This document shows positions 38,671 to 52,029 of a stretch of 64,000 bases of DNA, piece after piece; within the stretch, counting starts at the first letter, position 1, and each line of letters begins with the position of its first letter. This DNA is from Eledone cirrhosa (lineage: Eukaryota). A model generated the notes under the pieces. That model was not told where the DNA came from. It saw only the letters and a list, made by a program, of their open reading frames with translations, and made no database searches. The translations under genes and the position numbers were made by a program. The stretch spans positions 56,916,001 through 56,980,000 of the forward strand of contig OZ024742.1 in NCBI GenBank assembly GCA_964016885.1, written 5' to 3'.

Positions 38671-39956
38671 CGAAAGTGGGCTGAAAAGTTCATAGACAAA
38701 CTATGAAGGAGTGACGCTAAAGTTGTGAAGTCTTGCAGAAATTAATTTCAACTCTTCGTATTGATAACTGTATTGTTTTGTTCTTGTTTTTTTTTCTTGT
38801 TTTTTTTCTTTTTTTTTTTTTTTTGGTAAATTGTTCAAAGAAGGCTTCAAAGGTAATTGTAGCAACTTCTCTTGAAAATGGACAAACTTTGGCATCGTGG
38901 TGTTACCGAGTACCTGCAGAAAACTGGTATAGCCCCCAAGGACATTCATGCTGACATGGATGTGACATTAAGGGATGACGCTCCAGCTTTATCAACAGTG
39001 CAAAAGTGGGCAGCTAAATGTAGATGGAAAATAGAGAGTCTTGAAAATAACCTAAGGTCTGGACGTCCTGCAATTGCCACCACCGGAGAAAACAGTGGTT
39101 ATATTCACCACATGGTGACCGATAACAGTCAATTGACAATAAATCAAATAACCAATGCTATTAGCATATCCCATGAGAGAGTTGAAAATATTCTGCACAA
39201 TGAACTTGGCATGATGAAGGTTTCTACTCGGTGCCACGTCTTTTGACACCTGATGAAAAGCGCACCAGGCTGATCACATCTCGAGAAAATCTGACATTGT
39301 TTGAGGCAGATCCTGCTGGTTTTCTTGAACGTTTCCTAACCCACGATGAGTGTTGAGTTCATTACTTTGAACCAGAAACAAAAAGACAATCAAAACAGTG
39401 AAAACACCCCTCCTCACCTGCTCCAAAGAAGGCCATGGTCGTTTCATCTGCAAGGAAGCTGATGGCTTCATTTTTTGAGGGGATGCAAACATAGTGTTTG
39501 TTGACTATCTTCAAAAGGGCCACACCATCATTAGACATTACTAAGCCAATTTGCTGAGGCTGTTACGAAAGACTATCAAGACCAAACGCCTAGGAAAACT
39601 GATGAAAGGGGTCTTGTTTTATCAGGGTAATGCTCCAGTACACAAGACCTTGGTTTCAATGGCAGCTGTCTGTAGTTGTGGCTTTGAATTGGTTGATTTC
39701 CCTTCCTATTCTCTTGATTTGGCTTCATCTAACTATCATCTGTTCCCTAACCAGTATCGCAGTAAGGATGTCATATCTGCTGTTGACTTCTTTTATCAAC
39801 AGGATAAAAGCCTCTTCACCAATAGGATCCAAGCACTGCAACAAAATGGAAGAAATGTGTGGACTGCAAGTGGGATTATGTTGAAAAATAAACCCCATTT
39901 GGTCACATTCCATGTAAGTGTATTGGTCAACCTATGAACTTTTCAGCCGACCCTAG
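38671..39956 (+). mobile_element. Near full-length decayed mariner transposon
   Basis: TIRs CGAAAGTGGGCTGAAAAGTTCATAG / CTATGAACTTTTCAGCCGACCCTAG with TA flanks; transposase remnants RSGRP, THDE, GNAPVH, YSLDLASSNYHLFP. Confidence 0.92.
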
Positions 39957-40440
39957 TACATGCATACATACATAAATACATAGATTCATACATGCATACA
40001 TACCTACATATATACGTACTTGCGTATATATATGTGCACGTGTGTGTGTATGTATATATATATATATATATTTATAGGTGTGTGTGTATATATATAAATA
40101 TATATATGTATATATATATACAGCGACATATTTATATATACATGTGTGTGTGTGTGTCTACACATATATATGTGTGTGTGCGCGAATATATGCACATATA
40201 TGTAGTACATTATATAATAACATATACATGGTCTAAACGAACAAATGTACGTATATATTCTCATTAGCCGTTATTTTGTTCACAATGCTTCTCATTTAAA
40301 ATATATGTGTGTGTGTATATATATATATGTGTGTGTATTGCGTGTGTGTGCGTTCTGTATATATATATATGTGTGTATATGTGAGTATATATATTAACTG
40401 CATCATTGGGTATGCATGTATGGAGTCATATGTGTCTATG

Positions 40441-40502
<62 letters not shown>

Positions 40503-40749
40503 ATGTATAGCATAGAAAGGAAACTCATGAATAATAATGAAGGCATTGTCATGGTTCTATGCGGAAGAACATGAATCGCTCGGATCTACTGACAAAGTAG
40601 CGATGGTCGAAATAAATCACTAATGTAATCAATCGTGGAGCAGCGTAGATCGAAGTGATCGAAAGGAGGAGGCGAGTGACGTGTGAGGGTGAGGTGGTGA
40701 GAAGATATTGAGGATGAGGAATAAGATGAGGTGGTGGGAGGGGGTAGGG

Positions 40750-40862
40750 AGAAGAAGAAGAAGAAGAAGAAGAAGAAGAAGAAGAAGAAGAAGAAGAAGA
40801 AGAAGAAGAAGAAGAAGAAGAAGAAGAAGAAGAAGAAGAAGAAGAAGAAAAAGAAGAAGAAA
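40750..40862. repeat. (GAA)n microsatellite
   Basis: Direct reading. Confidence 0.98.
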
Positions 40863-42479
40863 TATGACATGCGAATGAGGAAGTGTGGTTGTTAAAATTA
40901 AGAAATGAGTGAAGAAATCTAAAACTATTGAAACGAAAATAAGAACCACTTGAATAACTGAATGGCTGTTGTTGTATGGGAAACTAATATGTCTAACAGT
41001 GGGTGAATATGACGGTGTAGTGAAAACCTAGAAGTTCTTCTTTAACAAATGAGAGCCTACTTTACAAAGGAATAAAAAGAGGAAATAAGGAAATAATAAA
41101 GATTTACCTCGGGCTTTTAATCAAATAAATGTGTCCTTTCTTTCTTTCCTTTATCTGTGAGGACTATAAAAATAAATAGACAAGAAAAATAAAAAATGAA
41201 CAAAATAAATAAATAAAAATATTTGATAATAAATTATAAAAAAAATATATACATACATATTGTAATAAATACAGACATTTATTTCAATAAAGCTATCTTT
41301 TACATGCAGCAGCATCTAACATATTGTATGCTCACATCAGACATTATAGATTCGTGTGAGTAGCAAGGTAAGATGCACTTTCTCTATGCTTAATGTATGT
41401 GTGTTACTATACAAATACGAGTGTAGCATAAGCATTTTATATATCTATATATGTGTATGTCGGTTTATGTGGATGTATACGCAACAAAACCATTGTTGTA
41501 GAATAGATAGTTGATTTTGCGGTGGTATTTGAGAATGTCTACGTTGTTTATGAATATGTTCCTTAAAACAAGTATATGAAACTTTCACAATCATTTCATA
41601 TTCATCGACTAGAGGAGAATTTACATCAGTTATGTATGAACCCATAAGTCCTGGCAGAGTCGTTTGAGCGCTGTAGTCACTTACGGTGTTTCTTGTGCAT
41701 TTTGTTTAAACCTCTCTCCAGATCTGAATAAGTCCAATATCTACCAGAGTAAGGAGAGTTATAGCGAGGAGGTGAGAAAGACATATAGAGGAAGAATCGA
41801 CTCCATTATTGGATTGGTACTTTTTTATCGACTTCGAAAGGGTGAGAGGCAAAGTAGAGAAGCTGAATGAATATTACAAAGCATTCCATCTGACATTCTA
41901 AAATCTCTAGAAATAACAAAATCTAGTCCAATCGTAGCCAGTACGTAAACTGGAATAATGTTTGGCAAGTACGATAAAGTGTTTCTGCAGCTTGGCGTCA
42001 GTGATATCGCAACTTTTTTCTACAGATGAGTGAACTGGGGCAACGTAAAATAAAGTGTCTTACTCAAGGAGACAACACCCGCTCAGTCCGGGAATCAAAC
42101 TCACAACCTCACGATTGTGAATCCAACTCTCTAAACACTAAGTCACGCGCCTTAACACACGATAAGATATTTTAAATGGCATTTATTTATTGTAAATATA
42201 TATCACATGTAGATGTATTATATGTGTCTATTGAAATGTTAATGGAATTCGAATTTGGTACTATAAAATTACTAATATCTTGTAAAAATACACATTTATA
42301 TGTCTATAACCATATCTAACAGAAAAAGGCTTTGGAGTATCGGATTATAAATGCATTTGTATTTTTCGGGCTCAATGTGCTCTGAGTTTATATCATGTTG
42401 AGGTGAAAGTCGCCTTCCATCCTTTCGAGGTCGATTAATACAGTACCAGTGCAGTTCTAGGGTCAATCTTCCTCCTTGG

Positions 42480-42546
<67 letters not shown>

Positions 42547-43021
42547 CTCTCTCTCTCTCTCTCTCTTCTCTCTCTTTATATATATCTATCTATATATATT
42601 AGTCTCTTTCTCTGGAAGAAATCGGCTGTGTTCTGACCTGGTAAAGGCAGGGTTTCAACAGGTTTTAAATGCGTGTGTTAAGGTGGCGTCCCTACAACTT
42701 TATCAGGAGTAAAGGGACTAACTCGAACAGAGAATTTTATAAGCTTAAAGCGTTGGATCATATAGAAAGGGATACACAACTGCACAGGCTGAATGAACTG
42801 AAAATAACTGTAAGCAAAATTATATTGTATGTACCAGCTCACATATATGTAACAGGCTACTATATGACTTGAATAGATGGAATAGAAATTTCATTTCAAT
42901 GTTTATAACTCTGGTTCTATGATTTAGGTTCCTCAAGTGTGTGTATATTTATCCCAATTCGAATTTGTTTTCATTCAGTACGTTGTTGATTATATAGCTG
43001 CGTTTGTTTTTGCCCTAGTAC

Positions 43022-43062
<41 letters not shown>

Positions 43063-43210
43063 CAGATGTTGGCATATATGTGTATGCCTTGAGCTGTTTT
43101 TAATTCAGTTGCATAATTTTATTATAATACACACACACATTCACACACACGAACATATTTTTTTTTCCACTAACTCCCCTCGCACTCCCTCTCGGAGTTC
43201 CTCCCTCACT

Positions 43211-43244
43211 CTCCTGGTGAAGGGCTCATGCCCAAAACGTCGCA
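43211..43244 (+). ncRNA. Decayed minimal hammerhead (same style as 9995)
   Basis: CTGGTGA agggc tcat gccc AAAA cg TC; two core substitutions. Confidence 0.5.
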
Positions 43245-43410
43245 CCCGCACCCCCACTCTCACTAAGCGAGAACCTAATACCTTTTGTAACTTGTACTCC
43301 TGCGTTGTTGTTTTTTTTATCTTCTTATATATATATATACTATATACATACATACATGATGGCTGCCCCCTCGTTATCGAGTATGGCCATTGCACGAGGA
43401 GAAAGAAAAA

Positions 43411-43443
<33 letters not shown>

Positions 43444-43589
43444 AATAAATAAATAAATAAAGAAAGAAAGAAAGAAAAAAGAAAAAAAGAAAGGAAAAAA
43501 GAAAAAAAAGAAATATATATATATATATACACATACACACACATACACATATACACACACACACATATACACACACATACATTAATAAC

Positions 43590-43626
<37 letters not shown>

Positions 43627-43679
43627 GGCACAAGGCCAGCAATTACACCAGTGCATTACTGGTGCTTTAATAATAACAA

Positions 43680-44065
43680 TAATAGTAATAATAATAATAC
43701 GTTCTTTATTAACCACAAGGGTTTACATAAAGTAAACATTAAGGACAGTACAGGACAATACAGGACGGTACAAATGGGCATTTCTGTGTGTAAAAAACAA
43801 AAACAGAGGATGTAACAAAAAAAAACAATGAAAAATTCCCCAATACGGGGGAGACTTCCGAGGGACATTCGTGGAGAAACCCATTAAAAAGCCACAGTGA
43901 CCCTAACCACCAGGGCAAGTGCCCTCTCCCAGTTTTCCACCTTTAATTTACAGACACATACTCAGAGTAGGCCCATTCACTCGGGCCATTCTTGCCTCTC
44001 TCACCCATGTTTCAACAAAATGCTGGGAAGAGAGCACTTCCCTCTCTATCCTGATTTTCCTGGGT
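43680..44065 (-). mobile_element. 3' end of a Tx1/L1-like LINE related to the element at 1-3485
   Basis: RKIRIEREVLSSQHFVETW (cf. RKMRVEREV); 3' end CTTGTGGTTAATAAAGAACG followed by (TAT)n. Confidence 0.75.
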
Positions 44066-44080
44066 AATGATAATAATAAT

Positions 44081-44370
44081 TAACCGATACAAGCACTTAA
44101 AGTGGGAGTTAAAAAGGATTTGGAACTGCCATGAAGTCAAGGTCATCCCGATTGTCATAGGCACACTAAGTACTATCTCAAAGAGTTTCCAAGGATGGTT
44201 AAAGAAAATTAGTCCAGCCCCGCTTGGAACACTTCAAAAGGCATGCTTGCTGAGAACAGCAAGAAACCTCTGATACGTCCTGAATATCTGAGGCTGCAGG
44301 TACCGGCTTGATATTCATTTCAACAAACTTTCCAGTTAAATAACATCAATGACTGAGACTCAAAGAACAA
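44081..44370 (+). mobile_element. 5'-truncated 3' end of R4/Dong family A
   Basis: Closely matches 51703-51990; (TAA)n on both sides. Confidence 0.92.
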
Positions 44371-44469
44371 TAATAATAATAATAATAATAACAATAATAA
44401 TAATAACGACAACAACAATAATAATATACATATACATATATATATACACACACACGCCCACACATAAAC

Positions 44470-44537
<68 letters not shown>

Positions 44538-44545
44538 GATAGCAA

Positions 44546-47500
44546 CTAACAGCGCTGCGATCGAATGTGGCTTTTCAGCCCAGCCAATGATCTAAAATGT
44601 CTTGCACAGAGTCGGCAACCAAAACATTTACTGGGAATAGTCGGCTGTGGTTGGAGTTCGTGTACTTTTGCATGTCGCTTGAGCCCTCCTGCTGATCTAC
44701 ATTCTCTACCACATGTTTGGCAAGCATGATGAGTAGCATCTCCAACAGCAGCCTGGTAGTCAACCACTGGTCTTACTTTATGACTGCGAAGATTACTTTC
44801 GAGTCCAGCTTTGCTTAGGCAGAGTCTCGCACATACGCTGCATGTCAGCACCATAGGAGGACCCTCGCCGTCTGGAAGTGCAACAGCAATGCCCTTCCTC
44901 ACATCCCGCTTTACTTTCTCGTATGCGATTCGAGATGCCTCAAAGGCAACTTTTCCCTCATATACAATCTTTCTCCATTTATTACGATCAGCAGCAATAT
45001 TCTCCCATGTATCAGCAGAGATGTTAGCGTCTTTCAAAGAGGCTTTCAAGGAATCCTTATACCTCTTTTTTGGTTTATGTGGCGGTCGTTTTCCTTTAAC
45101 CAACTCTCCATAAAAGAGTTGTTTTGGTATTCTAGAATCCTTCATCCTGGCAAGGTGACCACTCCAACGGAGTCGTTGCTTAAGCACAAGAGCTTCTATA
45201 CTGTCACACATAGAGCCTTTCCAAAATCTCGACATCACTGATGTTGTCCCTCCAGTGAACGCCATGGATCCGTCTGAGACACATCTGATGGAAACGCTCC
45301 AATTGCTTAAGGTGGTGTCGATATGTGAGCCAGGTCTCGCAGGCATAAAGAAGACAAGAGAGCACACATGCCCTGTAGACCTTTACCTTTGTCCTCCTGC
45401 ATGTCTCGCCGACCCCAGAGTCGCCTTTCTAGCTTTCCGAAAGCATCACTTGCTTTCCTAATCCTAAGTGAGATTTCACTGTCAAGGTTGCTGTATCGAT
45501 TGACAGTGCTTCCCAGGTAGACAAACTGATCAACCACTCCAAGTCGTTTGCCATACACATAGATGTTTGGTTCAGTGTACTGCTTACCAGGGGCAGGTTG
45601 GTACATGACGACGGTTTTCTTGAGACTGATAGTCAGACCTAGGGCAGTGCAAGCGTCAGAAAATGCACTCAAAATGTGCTGCATATCACTCTCTGTGTGC
45701 GCTACAAGATCGCAATCATCTGCATACAAGAGGTCTCTTATGATTGATGTAAATACTTTTGTCTTCGCAGCAAAGCGCCTGATGTTAAATATGCTGCCTG
45801 AGGTTTGATATCGGATGTAAACACCCTGCTCGCAATTCCTGAATGCAATACAGAAAACCATTGCAAAGTATATGGCAAACAGGGTCGGTGCTGGAATATC
45901 CCCCTGTTTTACTCCATTTTTTACCGAGATAGGCTCTGACATGCTACCCCCGACATTAACCCAAGCCTTCATGTCGTCATGGAAAGACCTAGCTAAAGCA
46001 AGGAACTCATCAGGGCAACCAAGTTTCTGGAGAACCTTCCATAATGCATCTCTGTTAACAGTATCGAAAGCTTTTGTCAGATCGACAAAAACCTGATACA
46101 GATCCAAGCCTTGTTCCATGCACTTCTCCTGGAGCTGTCTAGCTGAGAAGATCATATCAGTAGTGCCGCGTCCAGCACGAAAACAAGATTGACTTTCAGG
46201 AAGAACACAATCTGCAATGTGTGTCAGCAGACGGTCCAGAAGCACCCTACATAAAACATTCCCTACGACAGAAAGCAATGATATACCTCTGTAGTTCCCA
46301 CAATCGTTCCTGTTACCCTTTCCCTTGTACAAGACCACCATTACTGCATCTCTCCAGTCCTCAGGTACGGATTCATTAGCCCATATCCTGCCAAACAAAG
46401 AGTGAAGATGTTGCAGGAGTCTCTCACCACCATATTGTAGAAGCTCAGCATGTATGCCATCCATACCTGGAGATCTTCCACTGTTCAGCTTCGAAATAGC
46501 CACTGAAACCTCCACAAGCGTCGGAGGTTCTGCGAGAGCTACTTTCACAGGACTTTCTGGAATGAGATTGAGGAAATCTTCACTGACAACAGACGGCTGA
46601 TTCAAAAGATCATCAAAGTGCTCTCGCCACCTTTGTAGAATTCCTTGTGAGTCACGAAGAAGTTCTTTGCCATCCTTGCTGCGAAGCGGTGTCACCAGAG
46701 AAGAAGACGGTCCATAAACCTCACGCAAGAGACTGTACAACAGCTTTGTGTTATTGGAATCAGACACAGTTTGTATCTCACCAGCCTTCTCACTCCACCA
46801 CTGATCCTTCATCTGAGAAAGACTCCGCCTAACACGTGATTTTACATCCCTGAGTTCCTCATGCAACGTATTCCTCTCCTGTGGTTTTGCCGTCAAGTAG
46901 CGTGACAGAGCACGCCTCTTATCAGCCAACAAGTCTTCTATATGTACATCATTCTCATCAAACCAGTCCTGATGTTTCCTCTGCGCCAATCCCAGAACAC
47001 GCCTGCCTACATCATAAACCGACTTTTTAAGGGTCGGCCAATACTCACCAAGATCTGCAGCCTGCATCTCTTCTTCCAATGTCCTCTTCACATTTGTATC
47101 CTTAAGACGAGCAGCATTCAATCTTTTGGGCAGGGCAACACCAGGAGCCCGGATTTTACGTTTAGTGATTAGTTTCACTTTTGCGCGTACCAGGCGGTGG
47201 TCCGTCCAGTACTCAGCTCCACGAAGAACACAAACACACTGCACATCCTGTCTGTCGCGCATCCTGCCTAGGACGTAGTCCAAAAGATGCCATTCCTTAG
47301 ATGCAGGATGCATCCATATGGTCTTGAATTTGCTCTTTTGTTGGAACATGGTGTTGGTAACACACAGATCCAGCTCCTCACACATCTGCAGCAGGAGCAT
47401 ACCATTGCTGTTACACTTTCCCACCCCATGCCTTCCGATTACATTCCATGTGTTAGAATCCCTACCCACTCTAGCATTAAAGTCACCAAGCACGATGACT

Positions 47501-48090
47501 TTGTCTGCCTGAGGGATATTTCTTAAAACACCTTTCAAGGCATGGTAAAAAGACACCTTTTCCTCATCGACAGAACTCATAGTTGGAGCATATACACTCA
47601 CCAGGGTAGCATATCTTCCCTTGTCCAGCGGAACTTTCGTGGACATAAGACGCTCACTAATCCCTACTGGGAATTCTTCTGATTTGTTCACAAGCACAGT
47701 CTTAACAGCAAATCCTACCACAGCCTCTCTTCTGGTTCCTTCATCTCTTCCTTTCCAGAAGAATGTATATTCTCCACAAAATTCCGTAAGATGACCATCA
47801 CCAGCTAGCCTCGTCTCAGATAAAGCCACGATGTCAAGATCGTAACGTCGAAGCTCCTTTGCAACAAGAGCGGTCCTTCGTTCAGGACGCCCCAAGGAGT
47901 CCCTGTCAAGCAGCGTCCGTACGTTCCAGCAGCCAAGACTAAATGCCTTGTTTGGCTCTATTACAATGGCACGATGACGAGCGGGCCCAGGCTGTGATAA
48001 CCTGGGGCCCCTGCCCTTAATGCCAATGGTCTTTTTTGTTCCAGAAACTAAATTGCCAATTATCTCTTTTATATTGTTCTGGAACATCAT
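44546..48090 (-). pseudogene. RTE ORF: APE endonuclease + reverse transcriptase + three C-terminal C2H2 zinc fingers; two frameshifts near 45400 and 45215
   Basis: WNVRTL, LSETR, GDFNARVG, TDH, DLTKAFD, QGD, YADD, YLGS; CSVC/CQTC/CRLC fingers. The intervening frame reads TKVKVYRACV...CETW. Confidence 0.93.
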
Positions 48091-48131
48091 TGAATTTTGA
48101 AAAAAAAAAAAAAAAAAAAAAAGTAATAATA

Positions 48132-48185
<54 letters not shown>

Positions 48186-48190
<5 letters not shown>

Positions 48191-51100
48191 TAAAAAAACC
48201 CAAAAAACGTAAAGAAAATAAGAATGAAGAGAGAAGCAGGCGGACGGACAGAGAAGAGGGGGGAAAAACTAAAACTTAAAAAACAAAAACTAAGTCAGAC
48301 ATTCGAACACTACATTACAATGAAACTTATGCTTATTCATTTTTGGGGCCCTTTCTGCCTGTGTGTTTGTTTGTTTATGTGTGTTCGTATACAGCGTGGT
48401 GATAATGCCACACAAGGGCCAAGTGGAATGGCGGATCCACAGATGGCTATGTAACCATACATTCGCCAATCCTCGATAAGAGTGTTTAAATATCGAACAT
48501 AAACAGTTCGAATAATGGTGAAATGGAGACTAGAACGTCATGTGACAGACTCTCACCCAACAGGTGCCCCCTGGCTCAGCAGCAGGAACCTGACTGTCAA
48601 CCAAATACTGCTGATGTTGGAGGAAGGAGAAGAAGGAAAGGGGCCAGAACCAACTGGACGAATGAATTGAATAGAACTGTTATGCAATGTTACCTGAAAA
48701 GTAACCCCAAGGAGAGGGGCTACAGGAGACGGATGCATAACATCAGGAACGAGATTGGTTTATTTAAATTAGATGAACAAAAATTGGCCGGGCAGGCTCG
48801 GGTAATAAGAACTAATTGGTGGATAAGCGAGCTGGAACTGGAGGAACTGAGCAGAGAGAATGGCTTGGAGATGGCGGGTGTAGTATGCCAGACAAGCGAG
48901 CCAGTGGGAAATGAAGGTGAAGAGGTCCTGAGAACGGAGGAACCACCCGAAGCAGACAATGATCTGAATACTGAGATAAATAATACCTGGAACAGAGATA
49001 CGGCCACTGAGGAGTTGAATGCTGACGGGCTAGGACAAGATTCGGTTGACATCCTAAATTTAGTGGTAGATGAATTGAACAATGATAGTGGGAGACCTAT
49101 GAACCTAAGATTTGTAGACAGGAAAAAGTTAAAAGAAACAACAGCTAAGGTAAACAAAGTCATCCCATACCTTGAGGCGAGGAGCCTTCACCAGTGCAAC
49201 AATATCCTCAAAGCAACAGCAAATACGGTGAGGAAACTACTTGGTATAAAAGCGAGAGGAAACAACAGACAAGAAAGAGCAGAGCCGTGGTGGAAGAAGC
49301 GACTGAGTGGGCAAATCGGGGAAATGAGAAATGACATAGGAAAGCTTGAGTCACTACTGAATGGGACTCTAAAAAACATAGGCACTAAAAATAGACTGGA
49401 AATAAAATACAAAACTAGGAGGAAAAAGCTAAATATTATCATAGAGGAACTGAAGCAACGCATTGTAGCAAAGAGTGCAAAAATCAGGCGATACGAGAAC
49501 AGAGTCAGTCAGTATAAACAGAACCGCATGTTCGACAACAACCAGAAGATGCTGTTTGGACAGCTTGAGGGGAAAGAAAGAGGCAACGACTTGATCCCTG
49601 GGGCGGAGCAAACTAAAATATTCTGGAGAGGAATATGGGAGCAGGATGTTAGACATAATGTCCAGGCAGGGTGGATTGAGACAGTACAGAGGGAGATCGG
49701 TGAGCAGGCACAACAACAAACTGATTTGAGTATCACAGTTGAAACTCTTAAGGGGCAGGCCAAAAAACTAACCAACTGGAAATCACCAGGCCCAGATGGT
49801 GTGCAGGGGTATTGGATTAAACATTTAACATCCCTCCACCCGAAGCTGACGGCCATGTTCAATGACTGCTTGGTGTCGGGTGAGGTGCCAGAGTGGTTGA
49901 CAAAAGGTACCACAGTTCTGATAATGAAAGACCGAATCAAGGGTAATGATGTTACCAACTATAGACCTATCACATGTCTGTCCGTAATGTGGAAACTGTT
50001 GACGAGCATTGTGTCTGAGGAAATCTACCATCACCTCCACACAGACAACTTGTTACCGGACGAACAGAAAGGATGCCGAAAGAAGTCACGTGGTACAAAG
50101 GACCAGTTACTTATTGATAAGATGGTAATGGGGAATTGCAGGAGGAGACACACTGATCTTGCCATGGGATGGATAGACTACAGAAAGGCATTTGACATGG
50201 TGCCTCATTCTTGGATCACCAAAAGCCTGGAGATCTTCAGGGTGGCAGATAACATCAGACAGTTGCTAGGCAGGAGTATGGGGTCCTGGGAGACAGAGTT
50301 GACATCAACTGGAGTATCCTTGGGAAGCGTGAAGATCAAGAGAGGTATCTTCCAGGGAGATAGCCTGTCCCCTCTGTTGTTTGTCCTTGCCCTGATGCCC
50401 TTGACCATTATGCTGCGAAAAGTGAGAGCAGGATACAAGTTGGGAAGGGGAGAGCTTACCATCAATCACCTCCTCTTCATGGACGATCTTAAGCTCTTCG
50501 GGAAAAGTGAGAAGGAGTTGGATGTGCTTGTTGACACTGTCCGTATTTTCAGCAGTGATATATGTATGCAGTTTGGTATTGGTAAATGTGGAGTCATTGT
50601 GATGAGGAGGGGTAGGTTGAGCAGAAGTAACGGGATCCAGATACCAACAGGTGAGATGATAAAAGAAATTGACTCTGAGGAAGGATACAAGTATTTGGGC
50701 GTTCTGGAGGCTGATGGCATAAAGAACAAAAAAATGAAGGAATTGTTAAGAACTGAATACATTCGGAGAGTAAGGAGTGTATTGAAGTCACATCTGAACA
50801 GCAGAAATGCCATAAGCGCAGTAAATTCCCGAGCTGTGTCTATTATTAGGTACAGTGCGGGAATTCTGAGATGGAATGTTGCTGAACAAAAAGAAATGGA
50901 TAGGAAGACTAGGAAGCTATTGACTATCTACAACATGTTCCACAAGAGGAGTGATGTCGATAGACTCTACCTAAGGAGATCTGAGGGTGGAAGAGGTCTT
51001 ATCAGCATAGAGGACTGTGTTCAGATGGAGAAAAACAACCTATACAAATACGTGACCTATAGTAAGGAGCCAATGCTCAGAACTGTACTGAAGGAGGGGA

Positions 51101-51990
51101 CAGTAGGCCAGGGGATGTCCAAGGAGGAAATAACATCAAGGAGGAAGAGCAGCCTTAAGGGAAAATCCCTTCATAGTACCTTCTTTGAGAAAACTGAATT
51201 TAGAGATCCACAGACATGGAACTGGTTGAGAAGAGGAGACCTCAAAAAGGCTACAGAAGGAATGCTAATGGCTGCGCAGGAGCAGGCCCTCAAAACGAAG
51301 TGGTTGGAGCACCATATTTACAAGGAGGAGGCTAGCCCACTGTGCAGGATCTGTGGAGAGAGAGAGGAGACTGTGGCTCACATTGTGTCCGAGTGTAAAC
51401 ACCTAGCCCAGACCCACTATAAGGGCTGGAGACACGATGTGATGGGCAGGGTGATCCACTGGCACCTGTGCAAAGTAAACAATTTACCACATTCTGAGAA
51501 ATGGTATGAGAATAGGCCAGAGGCGGTGATGGAGAACAATCAGGTGAAGGTGCTGTGGGGTTTTAGGATACAGACGGACAAAAAACTGGAACACAATAGA
51601 CCTGACCTGGTGGTTGTGGACAAAGAAAAAAGATCGTGTCTGATTGTGGATGTGGCCTGCCCGTTCGACACGAGAGTGCAAGAGAAGGAGAGGGAGAAAA
51701 TCAACCGATACCAGGACCTAAAGTGGGAGATGAAAAGGATTTGGAACTGCCATGAAGTCAAAGTGATCCCGATTGTCATAGGCGCACTCGGGACTATCTC
51801 CAAAAGTTTCCAGGGATGGTTAAAGAAAATCGGCCCCTTCACGCCTTTTGGAACGCTTCAAAAGGCATGCTTGCTTGGAACAGCAAGAACCCTCCGATAC
51901 GTCCTGAATATCTGAGGCTGCAGGTAGTGGCTTGATATTCATTCCAACGGACTTTCCAGTTAACCAACATCAATGACTGAGATTCAAGGA
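48186..51990 (+). mobile_element. Full-length R4/Dong-clade (RLE) LINE, family A, inserted in (TAA)n
   Basis: Single long ORF with 5' and 3' UTRs; (TAA)n at 48124-48185 and 51991-52029. Confidence 0.93.
48523..51915 (+). CDS. R4/Dong-type protein: N-terminal DNA-binding region, RT, CCHC knuckle, restriction-like endonuclease (1130 aa, uninterrupted)
   Basis: DYRKAFD, GIFQGDSLSPLLF, FMDDLKL, YKYLG, CRICGEREETVAHIVSEC, RHD, RPDLVVVD..LIVDVACP..EKINRY. Confidence 0.95.
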   Translation: METRTSCDRLSPNRCPLAQQQEPDCQPNTADVGGRRRRKGARTNWTNELNRTVMQCYLKSNPKERGYRRRMHNIRNEIGLFKLDEQKLAGQARVIRTNWWISELELEELSRENGLEMAGVVCQTSEPVGNEGEEVLRTEEPPEADNDLNTEINNTWNRDTATEELNADGLGQDSVDILNLVVDELNNDSGRPMNLRFVDRKKLKETTAKVNKVIPYLEARSLHQCNNILKATANTVRKLLGIKARGNNRQERAEPWWKKRLSGQIGEMRNDIGKLESLLNGTLKNIGTKNRLEIKYKTRRKKLNIIIEELKQRIVAKSAKIRRYENRVSQYKQNRMFDNNQKMLFGQLEGKERGNDLIPGAEQTKIFWRGIWEQDVRHNVQAGWIETVQREIGEQAQQQTDLSITVETLKGQAKKLTNWKSPGPDGVQGYWIKHLTSLHPKLTAMFNDCLVSGEVPEWLTKGTTVLIMKDRIKGNDVTNYRPITCLSVMWKLLTSIVSEEIYHHLHTDNLLPDEQKGCRKKSRGTKDQLLIDKMVMGNCRRRHTDLAMGWIDYRKAFDMVPHSWITKSLEIFRVADNIRQLLGRSMGSWETELTSTGVSLGSVKIKRGIFQGDSLSPLLFVLALMPLTIMLRKVRAGYKLGRGELTINHLLFMDDLKLFGKSEKELDVLVDTVRIFSSDICMQFGIGKCGVIVMRRGRLSRSNGIQIPTGEMIKEIDSEEGYKYLGVLEADGIKNKKMKELLRTEYIRRVRSVLKSHLNSRNAISAVNSRAVSIIRYSAGILRWNVAEQKEMDRKTRKLLTIYNMFHKRSDVDRLYLRRSEGGRGLISIEDCVQMEKNNLYKYVTYSKEPMLRTVLKEGTVGQGMSKEEITSRRKSSLKGKSLHSTFFEKTEFRDPQTWNWLRRGDLKKATEGMLMAAQEQALKTKWLEHHIYKEEASPLCRICGEREETVAHIVSECKHLAQTHYKGWRHDVMGRVIHWHLCKVNNLPHSEKWYENRPEAVMENNQVKVLWGFRIQTDKKLEHNRPDLVVVDKEKRSCLIVDVACPFDTRVQEKEREKINRYQDLKWEMKRIWNCHEVKVIPIVIGALGTISKSFQGWLKKIGPFTPFGTLQKACLLGTARTLRYVLNI

Positions 51991-51998
51991 ATAACAAC

Positions 51999-52029
<31 letters not shown>

